The notes under the pieces: generated by a model
What the model was told of the DNA's origin: nothing
Databases searched by the model: none
The model's input: only the letters and a program-made list of their open reading frames with translations
Part shown: positions 1 to 9,965 of the stretch, piece by piece
Position numbering within the stretch: the first letter of the stretch is position 1
Layout of the letters: every line of letters starts with the position of its first letter
Assembly: GCA_024346625.1 (NCBI GenBank)
Contig: AP024664.1
Location: 248,001 to 312,000 of the forward strand
Direction: 5' to 3'
Origin: Williopsis jadinii
Lineage: Eukaryota
DNA length: 64,000 nucleotides
Translations under genes and position numbers: made by a program

Positions 1-386
1 AGAAGGGCCCATTGGACTGGAAAACCAAGATCATGTCGCAGAGAGGTGCCATCATCGCTGCAGAGCTCAAGAACAACAACAACAAGTTCTCCAAATGGAC
101 TCAGCAGGCCATCCTTGCCGGTGTTGACACCATCAAGCTGGGCTTCATTTCAAGAGCAAACTTCAAGGACAACACTAGACACACCGTGCTTGGTGTGTCC
201 TCGTTCAGACCACAGGACCTTGCGTTGCAAATTGGACTGTCCACTGCTAACGGTTGGGGTATTGTGAAATCCTTCATCGACATCATCAACGCTCAGCAAG
301 ATGGTAAGTTTGTCATCCTGAAGAACCCTAACGACCCAAAGATCACCGTCTACAGAGTTCCTGAAAACTCGTTCATCGAGGAATGA
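1..386 (+). CDS. Eukaryotic translation initiation factor 3 subunit D (eIF3d), 3' part; truncated at window start
   Basis: Open frame from window start. DWKTK...QRGAIIAAELKNNNNKFSKWT.QA.LAG.D.IKLGFISR...NGWGIV...GKFVILKNPNDP.I.VYRVP is the conserved eIF3d C-terminus. Confidence 0.9.
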   Translation, partial: KGPLDWKTKIMSQRGAIIAAELKNNNNKFSKWTQQAILAGVDTIKLGFISRANFKDNTRHTVLGVSSFRPQDLALQIGLSTANGWGIVKSFIDIINAQQDGKFVILKNPNDPKITVYRVPENSFIEE

Positions 387-461
387 TCTACTTGTTTTAA
401 ACTACTGGGCAATTGAATCAACAACAACTTCAAATCAAATTCATAATGTACTGTAAAAGCT

Positions 462-1997
462 CTAGTCTCTAGCAGATTCTCTGTGCTGGACAGAGGCCTT
501 GTCCATGTCGAACTCCTCAACCTCGGTGTTCATCTTCAATGATCCCATGGCACGCTCCTCGTCACTGGCAGTGTCGAACTGTTCGATGGTGGCCTTCTTC
601 TGGTCAGAGTAGTTCTCTTCAGCATGTGCGCTGAAATCCCTGTGGAAGTACTCTGGACCGCAAATGATACACACGATGAGGCACACGTTGACACCAACCA
701 TGAACAGAGCCATGCTCTTTGCGTAGTCGTAGACACTTGGCCCGATCTCTGGCAATGGGAAGGAGCTGCTGATCTCTGATTCGATGGTGGAAGACGCTGA
801 TGAGGCCAGGTTACCCAATTGATAAGCCAAGCCACCAAACAGGGCTCTGAACGCTGGTGGAGACAGCTCCATGATGTAGACAGAGCAGACACCCCAGCAG
901 CCCATGACGAAGAACTGCATGAAGAAGCCACCAGCCATGAGCCCACCAATGGACGTGGAGAAGAAAGCAGGGTAGATCAATGCTGAGGAGCCAACGGCAC
1001 ATGAAAAGATCGCCAGTCTTCTCCCTGTGAATTCAGAAAGCGTACCAACACACAGGCCACCAACCATGGCACCCAGGTTAACGACGATCATGATGGCAGT
1101 ACGCTGGTTTGCGGAGAAGAAGAGCTGGTTTTGCAGCATGGTTGGCATCAAATCTTGGGAAGCGTGCGAGGAGAAGTTCATCAATGAGAGGTAGAAGACG
1201 AGGTAAACGAACATCAGCCAGTGATTGCTCAATGCCTTCTTCAAATCAGAGTAGAATTGCCTCCATGGTGATGCAGCCTGGGCATGGTTGCCCTCAGCTA
1301 AGGCCTTTTCACGCTGGACTCTCTTGTGCTCAACAAAGTGTGGATGTTCTGGGAACATCAGCCTCCACATGAACAGAATAGCAGGAGGGGCTGCTGAGAA
1401 CCAGAAGAGTGCTCTCCAGCCATGAGTTGTGAACTCAAATGCACGGTAGAAGGCCACTGCGAGGATGTAGCCCAGGTTATAGCCAGGCAAGAAGATACCA
1501 CCTAGCACGGAACGAGACGTTGTTGGCTGAGATTCCAGTGCTGTTGCAGATGCGGTGGTGTAGCAACCACCCATACAGATACCAAAGAGCAATCTCACGA
1601 TCAGAAACTGTGTGTAGTTCTGGACAAAGCCCGTGCCGATCTCAATCATGGAGAACAGGGCCATGACGGCCAAGTACGTTGGCTTTCTACCGTAGGTATC
1701 GGAGAGAGAACCAAAGATCACGGCACCCAGTGAACGGGTCATCAGCACCAGCGTGATACCCCAGGTGATGTCGTGGATTGATCTGTCAAAGGCCTTGGCC
1801 AACGCTGGGGCACAGGCAGACACGCAGAAGAAGTCGAACGCATCAATGACCCAGGCACAGTAGCCCATGGCAAAGTAGTTCCAGTCGCTTCTGCTCAAGG
1901 CCCTCATTGCTGGGGCTGGGTTTAGCGACTTCACTGGCGTACCAGGAAGCGTGAAGAGGGAAGGAATGCGTGTGGCGATGTATCTCCCAGCAGTCAT
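462..1997 (-). CDS. JEN2: JEN-family MFS carboxylate transporter (Jen2-like, probably dicarboxylate)
   Basis: DAFDFF, DITWGITLVLMTRSLGA, NFSSHASQDLMPT (JEN signature NxxSHxSQDxxPT), YQLGNLASS. Likely start is ATG at 1997 (MTAGRY). JEN1/JEN2 assignment is inferred. Confidence 0.8.
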   Translation of the reverse strand: MTAGRYIATRIPSLFTLPGTPVKSLNPAPAMRALSRSDWNYFAMGYCAWVIDAFDFFCVSACAPALAKAFDRSIHDITWGITLVLMTRSLGAVIFGSLSDTYGRKPTYLAVMALFSMIEIGTGFVQNYTQFLIVRLLFGICMGGCYTTASATALESQPTTSRSVLGGIFLPGYNLGYILAVAFYRAFEFTTHGWRALFWFSAAPPAILFMWRLMFPEHPHFVEHKRVQREKALAEGNHAQAASPWRQFYSDLKKALSNHWLMFVYLVFYLSLMNFSSHASQDLMPTMLQNQLFFSANQRTAIMIVVNLGAMVGGLCVGTLSEFTGRRLAIFSCAVGSSALIYPAFFSTSIGGLMAGGFFMQFFVMGCWGVCSVYIMELSPPAFRALFGGLAYQLGNLASSASSTIESEISSSFPLPEIGPSVYDYAKSMALFMVGVNVCLIVCIICGPEYFHRDFSAHAEENYSDQKKATIEQFDTASDEERAMGSLKMNTEVEEFDMDKASVQHRESARD

Positions 1998-4139
1998 GGC
2001 GATAAGAATGGTAGATAAGCACTTGATTGGGGTCTCAAGAGCTAGACAGAAGTGCCAAAATGAAGACATCTACAGCAACCTTTATATACACAGCTCGCCA
2101 ACAGCACAAGCACCTTCTTCTCTCCACATTCCTTGGAGAAGCGGAGCATGCTGCCACCACTTGACGGGGAAGAGGGGTTGCAAATGCTCGATCTTGGTTG
2201 CTTTGGACGCCAATGCTCGAACAATCGTCTCCAGAGCTGTGTTATACAATGAGAGAGCTATGCAGTGAGATTGGAATTTGGCCTTGCTTCCCCAGATTTT
2301 AGAGTTCATGCGCGCCGTCCCAATGCGGTAAACGGAGGCTACGCAACAGAAGTTTAATTTGGGTTTGCGGGGCAACGGGATTAGAGTTTTCGTGTGGTGG
2401 AAAAGTCCGTTCCTCACGCAACCCCCACGGATCTGGTCTGGGTTGTGTTCCCCGTTTGGTCCGACGGGCCAGCTTGTGCCCACTGCCAAGACAGCTTGGA
2501 GTTCACTGTGGGCGAAGAGTGTGGCTAATGCCTGTGCCCCCACGTATTCCTCTTGCTGGTTTCTTCCGTGCATGCAAGGGAGATTATCCGGGCTCTTGCT
2601 CTGTGCTCTCTGTTGTCTGCTCTCTCTATGTAGCGATGGAGAGCACGAATGTTGGTGCTACAGTTGCTTGCTTGTTGTGTAAAGATAGTGGCATGGAGAG
2701 TGGAACAGAGAGTGTTGCTGGGGTTGGCCTGGTGTATGGCTTGTGCTTGTCTCGTCATATGGCTACTGCGTGTGTGTTGGAGTGCGCACGGTCTCATACC
2801 ACCTTTGCTCCCTCATCCACGGTGTGTTGGCTCTGCAGGCTGGGTCATCGCCACGGTTGAGTCAACGAGACTCAAGTGCCAATCTCCAAGCAAAACAGCC
2901 AGAGGTTGGAATCCTCTTGCCGCAGATGTTTTGGGAATTGCGTGTCGCCTGGAAGTTCTCAATCACCCGGTCTATCGGGCGTCGTAGGCTGGCCACTGGT
3001 TGCCTCCACCTACATGCGTGTAGCACTGTATTGGGATCCATACTGGAGGACCCACAAAAGAAGCCCTGGGGCTCGAAAGGGTGACGACTTCAAATAGGGA
3101 GCACAGCAGGGTACAGCAGTGTGTTCTGACTCCGCGGTATGTGTGGCTATTCACCATTTTCGTCCGACATGATTACGTCTTCTGTCTCATTCAAGTGTCA
3201 ACTGAATCATGTAGATCATTCAACTTTTCTTTCTCCACACGGTGATTCAAACCAAAAAAGGGCAGAAATCATAAGCTGATCTCCATTAGACTGATCTACC
3301 CCATGTCTTGACTCAATATTGCCTTGTCAGGGGGTGATTTAAGGTATTGCACCGCGGGTATGCTCTAATCTTAAAACTATATTTTGTCTCACCACTCAGT
3401 GCCCCCCCCCCCAGGTGATCCCACACTGCTTGAAACGCAGCTGTTGAAGAGCCGGTCACAGAGCTCAGGACGACAAGGTATCGTCAGAACGATGAGGATT
3501 ATCTTGGCAAAGCGATAGAGTGTAAAACTTATCAGAGAGTCTCATGGCAAAGGGCATTCAGCTGGACACTTGTTCAAAGATCTTCAAAGGAAGATCACAA
3601 TGCACTTGGAAACCTTATACAAACAGTATATAGAATCGTTGGGTAAATGGTTAAGCAATAGCTCACCAAAAGGATTATACTGCCATAGAATACCTTGTTT
3701 CAGCAAAGTTGAGGGGATTATACAAGCGGCGTTTTATTAGTCCGGGAGGTTTCTAGAATCGTGAGGTAGTACTAACTGATAAGAGAACATACAAAAGACT
3801 TGATGGCAAAGTGGAGACCAAATATGGTACCCGGGGAAAAGAAATCACGCTGAGCTCCCAGTGAGCACTGTACATAGACCATGGATCTAATCAACGTTCT
3901 ATTCTCCGCTTGTCATCCGTTAAAGAAACGTGGTGCCCCATATAAGCTCCACTCCATAGTTAGGGAAAGCATTCCGGTATTACATCACGTGTGGACGCAC
4001 GTGATGCGTCGGATCTTGCGTAACGAACAACGCACCCGCACACCCTTCGAGCCTGTTTTCCACACATTCTCCGAGGCTCAAGGCTTATATGAACAACAAG
4101 TATCGATCACAAAGGAAAACGGCATAGCCAACCCATTCA

Positions 4140-5519
4140 ATGAGACTTTTAACCCTTCTGCTGTGCATTGTCAGCACGGTGGTTTGTTTCGTGCCACCAC
4201 AGACCTGGGAAAACGTTGTTGTTTCCCGTGCCGTTGATCTCTCAAAAGCCTACGTGCTGGAAGAGTACGCTTTACAAGTTAGAAACATCGATTCCAAGCC
4301 AAATGGCGTGTATTACTTCGCAGTTCCAAACTTCATGTATGAGAAGATCAGTACCGTGTCCGTTATCCAAGGAAAAGATGCCTTCAAGCCCCTGGAGTAC
4401 GAATTTGTTGAGCAGAGTTCCGACTCATCGAATGGACCTGTTGTGAACTACATCAAGATTCAGACACCTCCGGTAGCTCCAAAGAGCACTCTGTTGGTGA
4501 CCGTTGTCCTCACGGTGACAAACGTGCTGGAGCCACTTCCTGCCAAGATTGGTATCACTGAACAACAGTCCCTGTTGTTTTCCTCCTTTAAGAAGAGTCT
4601 CAGCGCCTACCATACGAAGAAGAGCTTGTTGAAGTTGAAGGGGATCACAGAGGCCAAAGAATTGAACGAAGCCGATGGTATCAAGGGTGAGCCAACTTCA
4701 AAGGAGCTGGTGTACGAAATGGAGGATATTGCGCCTTTTGAATCTTCCCCACTAAGCCTTCTGTACAGACATTTGAAGCCTTTGATGAAAGTTAACAAGT
4801 TGAAACGTGGTATCTGGGTCTCTCACTGGGGTGATTCTTTACAATTTGTTGAAGAATATCAAACCACAAATGAAGCTGCTGGTCTTGAGAGTGGGTTTTC
4901 AAGAGCAGACTATATGATGAACAAGGAGATTGTCACATCTTCACATGCTGCATTGGCGTTGGAATTGGAGATGGAAGATGGTGCATTCGACGTTTACTAT
5001 ACCGATTTGGTTGGTAATGTGAGTACCTCATTGGCACTATCTGATAAGATCTTCATCAGACCAAGATTCCCAATCTACGGTGGCTGGCACTACAACTTCA
5101 CCGTTGGCTGGACAAACAAGTTGGGCAATTACTTGAAGAAAGTTGGTGATGACGAGTATACGGTTAAGGTTCCATTGCTCAACGGTATCCCAGGCACTTC
5201 TCTCGATGACGTTGAAGTTAGTGTGTACCTTCCGGAAGGTTCCCAAGTCGTGGGCGTTGAAAGTGACATCCCACCAGAATCTGAAGAAGTTGGGTACGAG
5301 TTGAGCTATTTCGACTTGGGCAACGGCCATACAAGGGTCACTCTCCACTATTCCAACTTGATCGACAGTGTTAAGCAGCTCTCCATCTTGGTCAAGTACA
5401 AGTACGGATTCAGGGAGTTTATGACAAAGCCTTTAAACGTTGCCAAATATGTATTCATTGCGCTATTGGCCTATCTCGCTCTGTCGAAAGTTGACATTAC
5501 ATTAAAGGCAAAGAAATAG
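4140..5519 (+). CDS. OST1: Oligosaccharyltransferase alpha subunit (ribophorin I)
   Basis: Signal peptide, VSHWG, YYTDLVGNVSTS, RPRFPIYGGWHYNFTVGW, C-terminal TM; adjacent to COX16 as in S. cerevisiae. Confidence 0.95.
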   Translation: MRLLTLLLCIVSTVVCFVPPQTWENVVVSRAVDLSKAYVLEEYALQVRNIDSKPNGVYYFAVPNFMYEKISTVSVIQGKDAFKPLEYEFVEQSSDSSNGPVVNYIKIQTPPVAPKSTLLVTVVLTVTNVLEPLPAKIGITEQQSLLFSSFKKSLSAYHTKKSLLKLKGITEAKELNEADGIKGEPTSKELVYEMEDIAPFESSPLSLLYRHLKPLMKVNKLKRGIWVSHWGDSLQFVEEYQTTNEAAGLESGFSRADYMMNKEIVTSSHAALALELEMEDGAFDVYYTDLVGNVSTSLALSDKIFIRPRFPIYGGWHYNFTVGWTNKLGNYLKKVGDDEYTVKVPLLNGIPGTSLDDVEVSVYLPEGSQVVGVESDIPPESEEVGYELSYFDLGNGHTRVTLHYSNLIDSVKQLSILVKYKYGFREFMTKPLNVAKYVFIALLAYLALSKVDITLKAKK

Positions 5520-5619
5520 AATCCTGGTTAATATATATATAATCTCCATATATATACACAATCGTGCAACTACTATATACATCCGTGTCGTTAAGAAAAG
5601 AGGAATGGGGGAAGCCATA

Positions 5620-5973
5620 TCAAAACACGTTATCTCCCTCGCCTGGTAATCTTGGAACTCTCTTTGGCTCCCACTCCTGTTCGCCCAACCCTTGAAGTCT
5701 GTAATACTCCTCCTTCACATCAACGTGTCTCTTCTTCGTATTCAGATCCAGCACCTGTTCTTCGTCCATCTCTTGTAATTTACGGTCTCTGTTCTCGTAT
5801 CTGATAGCAGTGAATGACGAGAGCCAAAATGACCCTAGAGCCATTGCTGTGAGGAATGGTAGCCCAAACAGTAAGAACGGGTGTTTCTTCAAGCTCTTTT
5901 GGTATCTCCCGCCTAACGTCGCATCATAGGCTGCCTGCTCTCTCTTAGAGCGGAACTTCTTAGCGTTGAACAT
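5620..5973 (-). CDS. COX16: Cytochrome c oxidase assembly protein Cox16
   Basis: KHPFLLFGLPF...FTAIRYE...EEYYRLQGL...WEPKRVPRLPGE. Confidence 0.93.
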   Translation of the reverse strand: MFNAKKFRSKREQAAYDATLGGRYQKSLKKHPFLLFGLPFLTAMALGSFWLSSFTAIRYENRDRKLQEMDEEQVLDLNTKKRHVDVKEEYYRLQGLGEQEWEPKRVPRLPGEGDNVF

Positions 5974-6110
5974 CTCGATGAGCTGTGTTGTGTCTCGTGT
6001 TGGTTATGGTGTGTAGCGACAATGAGGGAAAGCCGATGATGTTTTTGCTGCAAAATCGGGATTTGCAGCGAAAATGGCACAAACCACAGAAACGCCAAAA
6101 GAGGTTAACT

Positions 6111-6215
6111 GTATCACGTGATATGCTTATATAAGCAATATCACTAAGGCGGCCCCTTATCATTAGTCACGTGATCTGCAACATCCAGACACCCACCAAC
6201 CAGGCCCCCTTATCA
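6111..6215. promoter_or_regulatory. COX16/PHO8 divergent promoter with two CACGTG E-boxes (Pho4/Cbf1 type), a Rap1-like site and two GGCCCC(C)TTATCA elements
   Basis: CACGTG at 6115-6120 and 6168-6173; ACATCCAGACACC at 6181-6193; GGCCCC(C)TTATCA at ~6151 and ~6203. Confidence 0.55.
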
Positions 6216-6341
6216 GTGGAGTTGGGATCCTGTCACGGCGGTTAACTTCACCATTCTCCCTTTCCTATCTGTCTTATAAACAATCAAAACAACACACAGG
6301 TAAACAAATACATAAACAAACACGGCGGCTCGATAACAACG

Positions 6342-8049
6342 ATGAAATACTCACGTGCAGTGACCTCTTCTCGGTCGTTTGGACTCGGGCTCTACCAGAA
6401 CATCGTGGTGATGGTCATCATCGGTGAGTTGCCACTCTCAGTTGTGGCTTTTGAAGTGTGTCTGAGTTGAATACTAACACTGCGCTTTCTTCCAAACAGT
6501 GATGAACGTTGCATCTTTAGCATGGCTGTTCCTTGACCCGAAGCTTCTGTCGGAGCTGGTGCTGACTCCGCAGGGCTCTACGAAGAAGAATATCATCTTC
6601 TTGGTGACTGACGGGATGGGTCCGACGTCGCTATCGTTGACGCGCTCGTTCCGCCAGTACCGTGATAAGTTGGCAATAGACGATATCCTCACGTTGGATA
6701 AACATTTGATTGGACAGAGCCGTACGCGCTCGTCGAACTCGTTGGTCACGGATTCGGCTGCGGGTGCGACTGCGTTCTCCTGTGCTCTGAAGTCCTACAA
6801 CAACGCTGTTGGTGTCACTCCTCAGAGACAACCGTGTGGCACCTTGTTGGAGGCGATGAAATACGAAGGTTACCACACTGGTCTTGTCGTTACGACCCGT
6901 ATTACTGATGCCACCCCAGCGGCATTCTCATCGCATGTCACGTATAGATTCTACGAGGATTTGATTGCTCAGCACCAGTTGGGTGAATATCCTCTGGGCA
7001 GAGTTGTTGATTTGATGATTGGTGGCGGTAGAACGCACTTCTACCCACCTGGTGAAACACCATACGGTAACGGTGGGTTGAGAAAGGATGGTAGAAACTT
7101 GATTGAAGAAGCTCAGGAAAACGGCTGGTCCTATGTTGGTAACAGATCTTCGTTTGACAACCTTGAGCTCGGTGACAACGTTCAACTACCTTTGTTGGCT
7201 CTCTTGGCTGATAATGATATCCCATTCGACTTGGACAGAGACGATGCCATCTATCCATCTCTTGAAGAAGAGGCCATCACCGCAATGAAGGCACTCTCAA
7301 AAGCCACTGAGGATTCCGATAAGGGATTCTTCCTCTTGATTGAAGGCTCTAGAATTGACCATGCAGGCCACAACAACGATCCAGCTGCCCAAGTTCGTGA
7401 AGTTCTAGCATTTGACAAGGCATTCAAAGCCGTCTTGGACTTTGCAGATTCCACGGATGTTGAAACCGTGATTATCTCCACAAGTGATCATGAAACCGGT
7501 GGTTTGGCCGCTGCTAGACAATTGACACCATCATACCCTGATTATTTGTGGCGTCCAGAGGCACTATTGGCTGCTAAACACTCCGGTGAATACTTGAATA
7601 ACAAGATTGCCTCCTTTGAAGGTGAGGATTTGGAGAGCTTTATTAAGCATGAAATCTTTGAAAAGGACTTGGGTATCACAGACTATACACCTCAAGAGGT
7701 TGAGTCCATCATGGACCACAGCAAGGCGTCTCACTATTTGCTCAATGACATTGTATCAAGACGTTCGCAAACCGGTTGGTCAACGCATGGTCACAGTGCA
7801 GTTGACGTGAATATCTACGCCTACTCCAACAAGAAATCAACAATGCATCTATTGAGGGAGAAGCTCAGTGGCAATCATGAAAACATTGAGATTGGTCAGT
7901 TCATGAAGGACTTTGTGAATGTTGACTTGACACACATGACAAAGCTTATCAAGGGCACTCAGGTCAAGCCATCGGTTGACGAGATGACTGTCTCACAACA
8001 ACAAGAGTTGCTCGACAACTACCACGGTGGGTTGGTTAACGTGTACTAA
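6342..8049 (+). CDS. PHO8: Repressible vacuolar alkaline phosphatase; exons 6342-6423 and 6500-8049
   Basis: FLVTDGMG, TDSAAGATA (catalytic Ser), EGSRIDHAGH, TSDHETGG. Intron 6424-6499 (GTGAGT, TACTAAC at 6472, CAG) joins in frame and restores the N-terminal tail and TM helix (MKYSRAV...NIVVMVIIVMNVASLAWLF). Confidence 0.93.
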
Positions 8050-8279
8050 GTGGAAACATCATAGGGCTTGTGTACACGTCTAGCGTTCTTTTATCATATT
8101 GTTATACCATTAAAACATCATTAAACTAAACCCAAACACTAATAAAAAACCAGAGATTTATAAAAGACAGAGGAAAACACCTCCTTTTCAGATCATAAAT
8201 TAACATCAATTAATTAAAGAATGAAAGAGGATGCTTAAACCTCTGCTTGAAGGAAGAGCAAAGGGGGTTATTAACCTCT

Positions 8280-9692
8280 TTACAATTGCTTCTTGATGAG
8301 AGCGTTGATGAACTCCTCTCTGTTACCAGTAGAACCACCTTGGATAAAGTGTTGGAACTTTCTTGGGACACCCCAACCACCAGATGGGTTGGACAACTTG
8401 AATGGCCACAAGAAGTTGTTAGCTTGCTTGAAGTTTGGACCAACGGTGTAGATCTCGTGGATCAAATCCTCAATGGAGACGATACCGAATTGACCAAGAG
8501 CAGCCTCGATGATGGCGTTCTCAGACAATGGGATTCTTTGCTTGTTGACCTTACCGTAACCTCTCTTGTAGATCAATTGCTTGATGGTAGAAAGGGATGG
8601 GTAACCGTAAGCAACGTATGGCTCAACAAGCTTCAAGAGCTCGGATGTAGCCTTGGTGAGCTTGACAAAGACACCAGCGTTGATTTGCAACAATCTCAAC
8701 AATTGCAAAACCTTTCTTGGCTTTGGAGCAATCTTGTTGATACCCTTGATTCTGACAACAAAGACGAGCTTTGGTTGAGCCTCAACGTAGTAAGAACCAG
8801 CAGCCTTAGCCTCACGCTTAGCGTTGATGACAGCACGCTCAGCCTCGTAGTACTCCTTCTCGTAAGCAGCAGTTCTCTCAAAGATAGCTTGACGCTTCTC
8901 CTTGTTGGCCTTTTAGTTTAACTTGTTAGTACATTACGTTCCCTGTGCACAGCGTGAAGGCTTGCTTGCCCTGTGAAGGTGCCATCTTAGTTGTCAGTCC
9001 CGAAAGATGGTTAACTAACAGACAACATCGCCCCCTTGAGGGCTAGTCATGTTGAAAGTTGTTGTCATCACCCAGATGGCGACTTCACAGTACAAAGCAG
9101 TGTAGAGGTGTGTTCTAAAACTTACTTTCTTTCTAGCCAACTTCTCAGCAGCAGCCTTCTCGGAGAGCTTAGCGGTAGCAGTAGCTCTCTTCAATTGGGA
9201 CTCTGGAACGAGGACTTGCTCAGCGGTGATAACTCTGAGTAGCGTGTTAATATAATTGAGCGACAGGAAGGATAGGAACGCAACGCAAAAGAAGAGATCG
9301 ACATGAGAACCATTCATTCGACCAGTATAGTACTTCTCCCATTGAACGAAATGGGAAAGGACAGAGGAAGTGTAGCTGCTGGAATGATTGGTTGAATTAC
9401 AAGGATTCCAGAAGCTAACACAGCCCATGCCTTCTACTCTCAAGGAAATGTTACAAGCGGATTATATGACAAAGTAGACAGCGATATCTATTTGTCATTA
9501 TCCTCACATTCCTCGAGCGATTTGGTGTGGTATTACTGAGCAAAGGGAGTACCCATAGGGCATCCGTATTATCCCATTCGATGGAATTAGTAGATGGTGA
9601 AAACAACCATTTGTCTCTCTCTTCTCTCTAGTTGTGTGTTGTTTCTCCAAGAGCTTGACTCAAACTTACTGCTTTGGGGTAGTCTTAGCCAT
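8280..9692 (-). CDS. RPL7: 60S ribosomal protein L7 (uL30); exons 9692-9670, 9234-9126, 8909-8280 (253 aa)
   Basis: [31 protein letters not shown]. Intron 1 9669-9235 (GTAAGT, TATTAAC, CAG); intron 2 9125-8910 (GTAAGT, TACTAAC, AAG). Exon lengths sum in frame. Confidence 0.95.
8990..9075 (-). ncRNA. SNR39: Intronic box C/D snoRNA, snR39/snR59 homolog (guide for 25S rRNA Am807)
   Basis: Box C GTGATGA (9071-9065) and box D CTGA (8997-8994). Antisense element ACCATCTTTCGGG directly 5' of box D pairs with the conserved LSU sequence CCCGAAAGAUGGU. Flanking stems GCCATCT/AGATGGC and CTGTGAAG/CTTCACAG. Same host intron as in S. cerevisiae. Confidence 0.88.
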
Positions 9693-9815
9693 TTTTGTTG
9701 TGGTTAGTTCGAGTTGATAGATTGGAGGAAACGGTAACAAAGTGAAAAATTCCCCCGTTTATGTGTTGATTTTTTTGGTGGTATTGCGGATGAAACTTCC
9801 AGCTTGTGGGTTTGT

Positions 9816-9926
9816 GGTGTCTGGATGTTACAGAATTCGGAGACGGTGGAAAGTCAGTTGGTGTTAAGATGTTAGGGCTACGCTTTGATAGTGTCACGTG
9901 AGCATGTGGCCATCACCTCGCCCTAA
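9816..9926 (-). promoter_or_regulatory. RPL7 promoter: Rap1-like site plus Tbf1-Cbf1-Tbf1 module
   Basis: GGTGTCTGGATGT 9816-9828; TTAGGGCTA 9872-9880; GTCACGTGA 9893-9901; GCCCTAA 9920-9926. Confidence 0.65.
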
Positions 9927-9965
9927 TGTTCACCAGAAGTACCACACTTATGTTCATAGTATTGA

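Noticed and set aside
2042..3157. Many overlapping 60-160 aa ORFs upstream of JEN2
   Set aside because: GT-rich promoter sequence giving Cys/Val-rich translations with no recognisable motifs.
8247..8921. 224-aa + strand ORF antisense to RPL7 (similar shadows over RPS19, RPL18, KRI1, SSY5 and GPD)
   Set aside because: Antisense shadow ORFs caused by codon bias or low complexity; no independent protein features.
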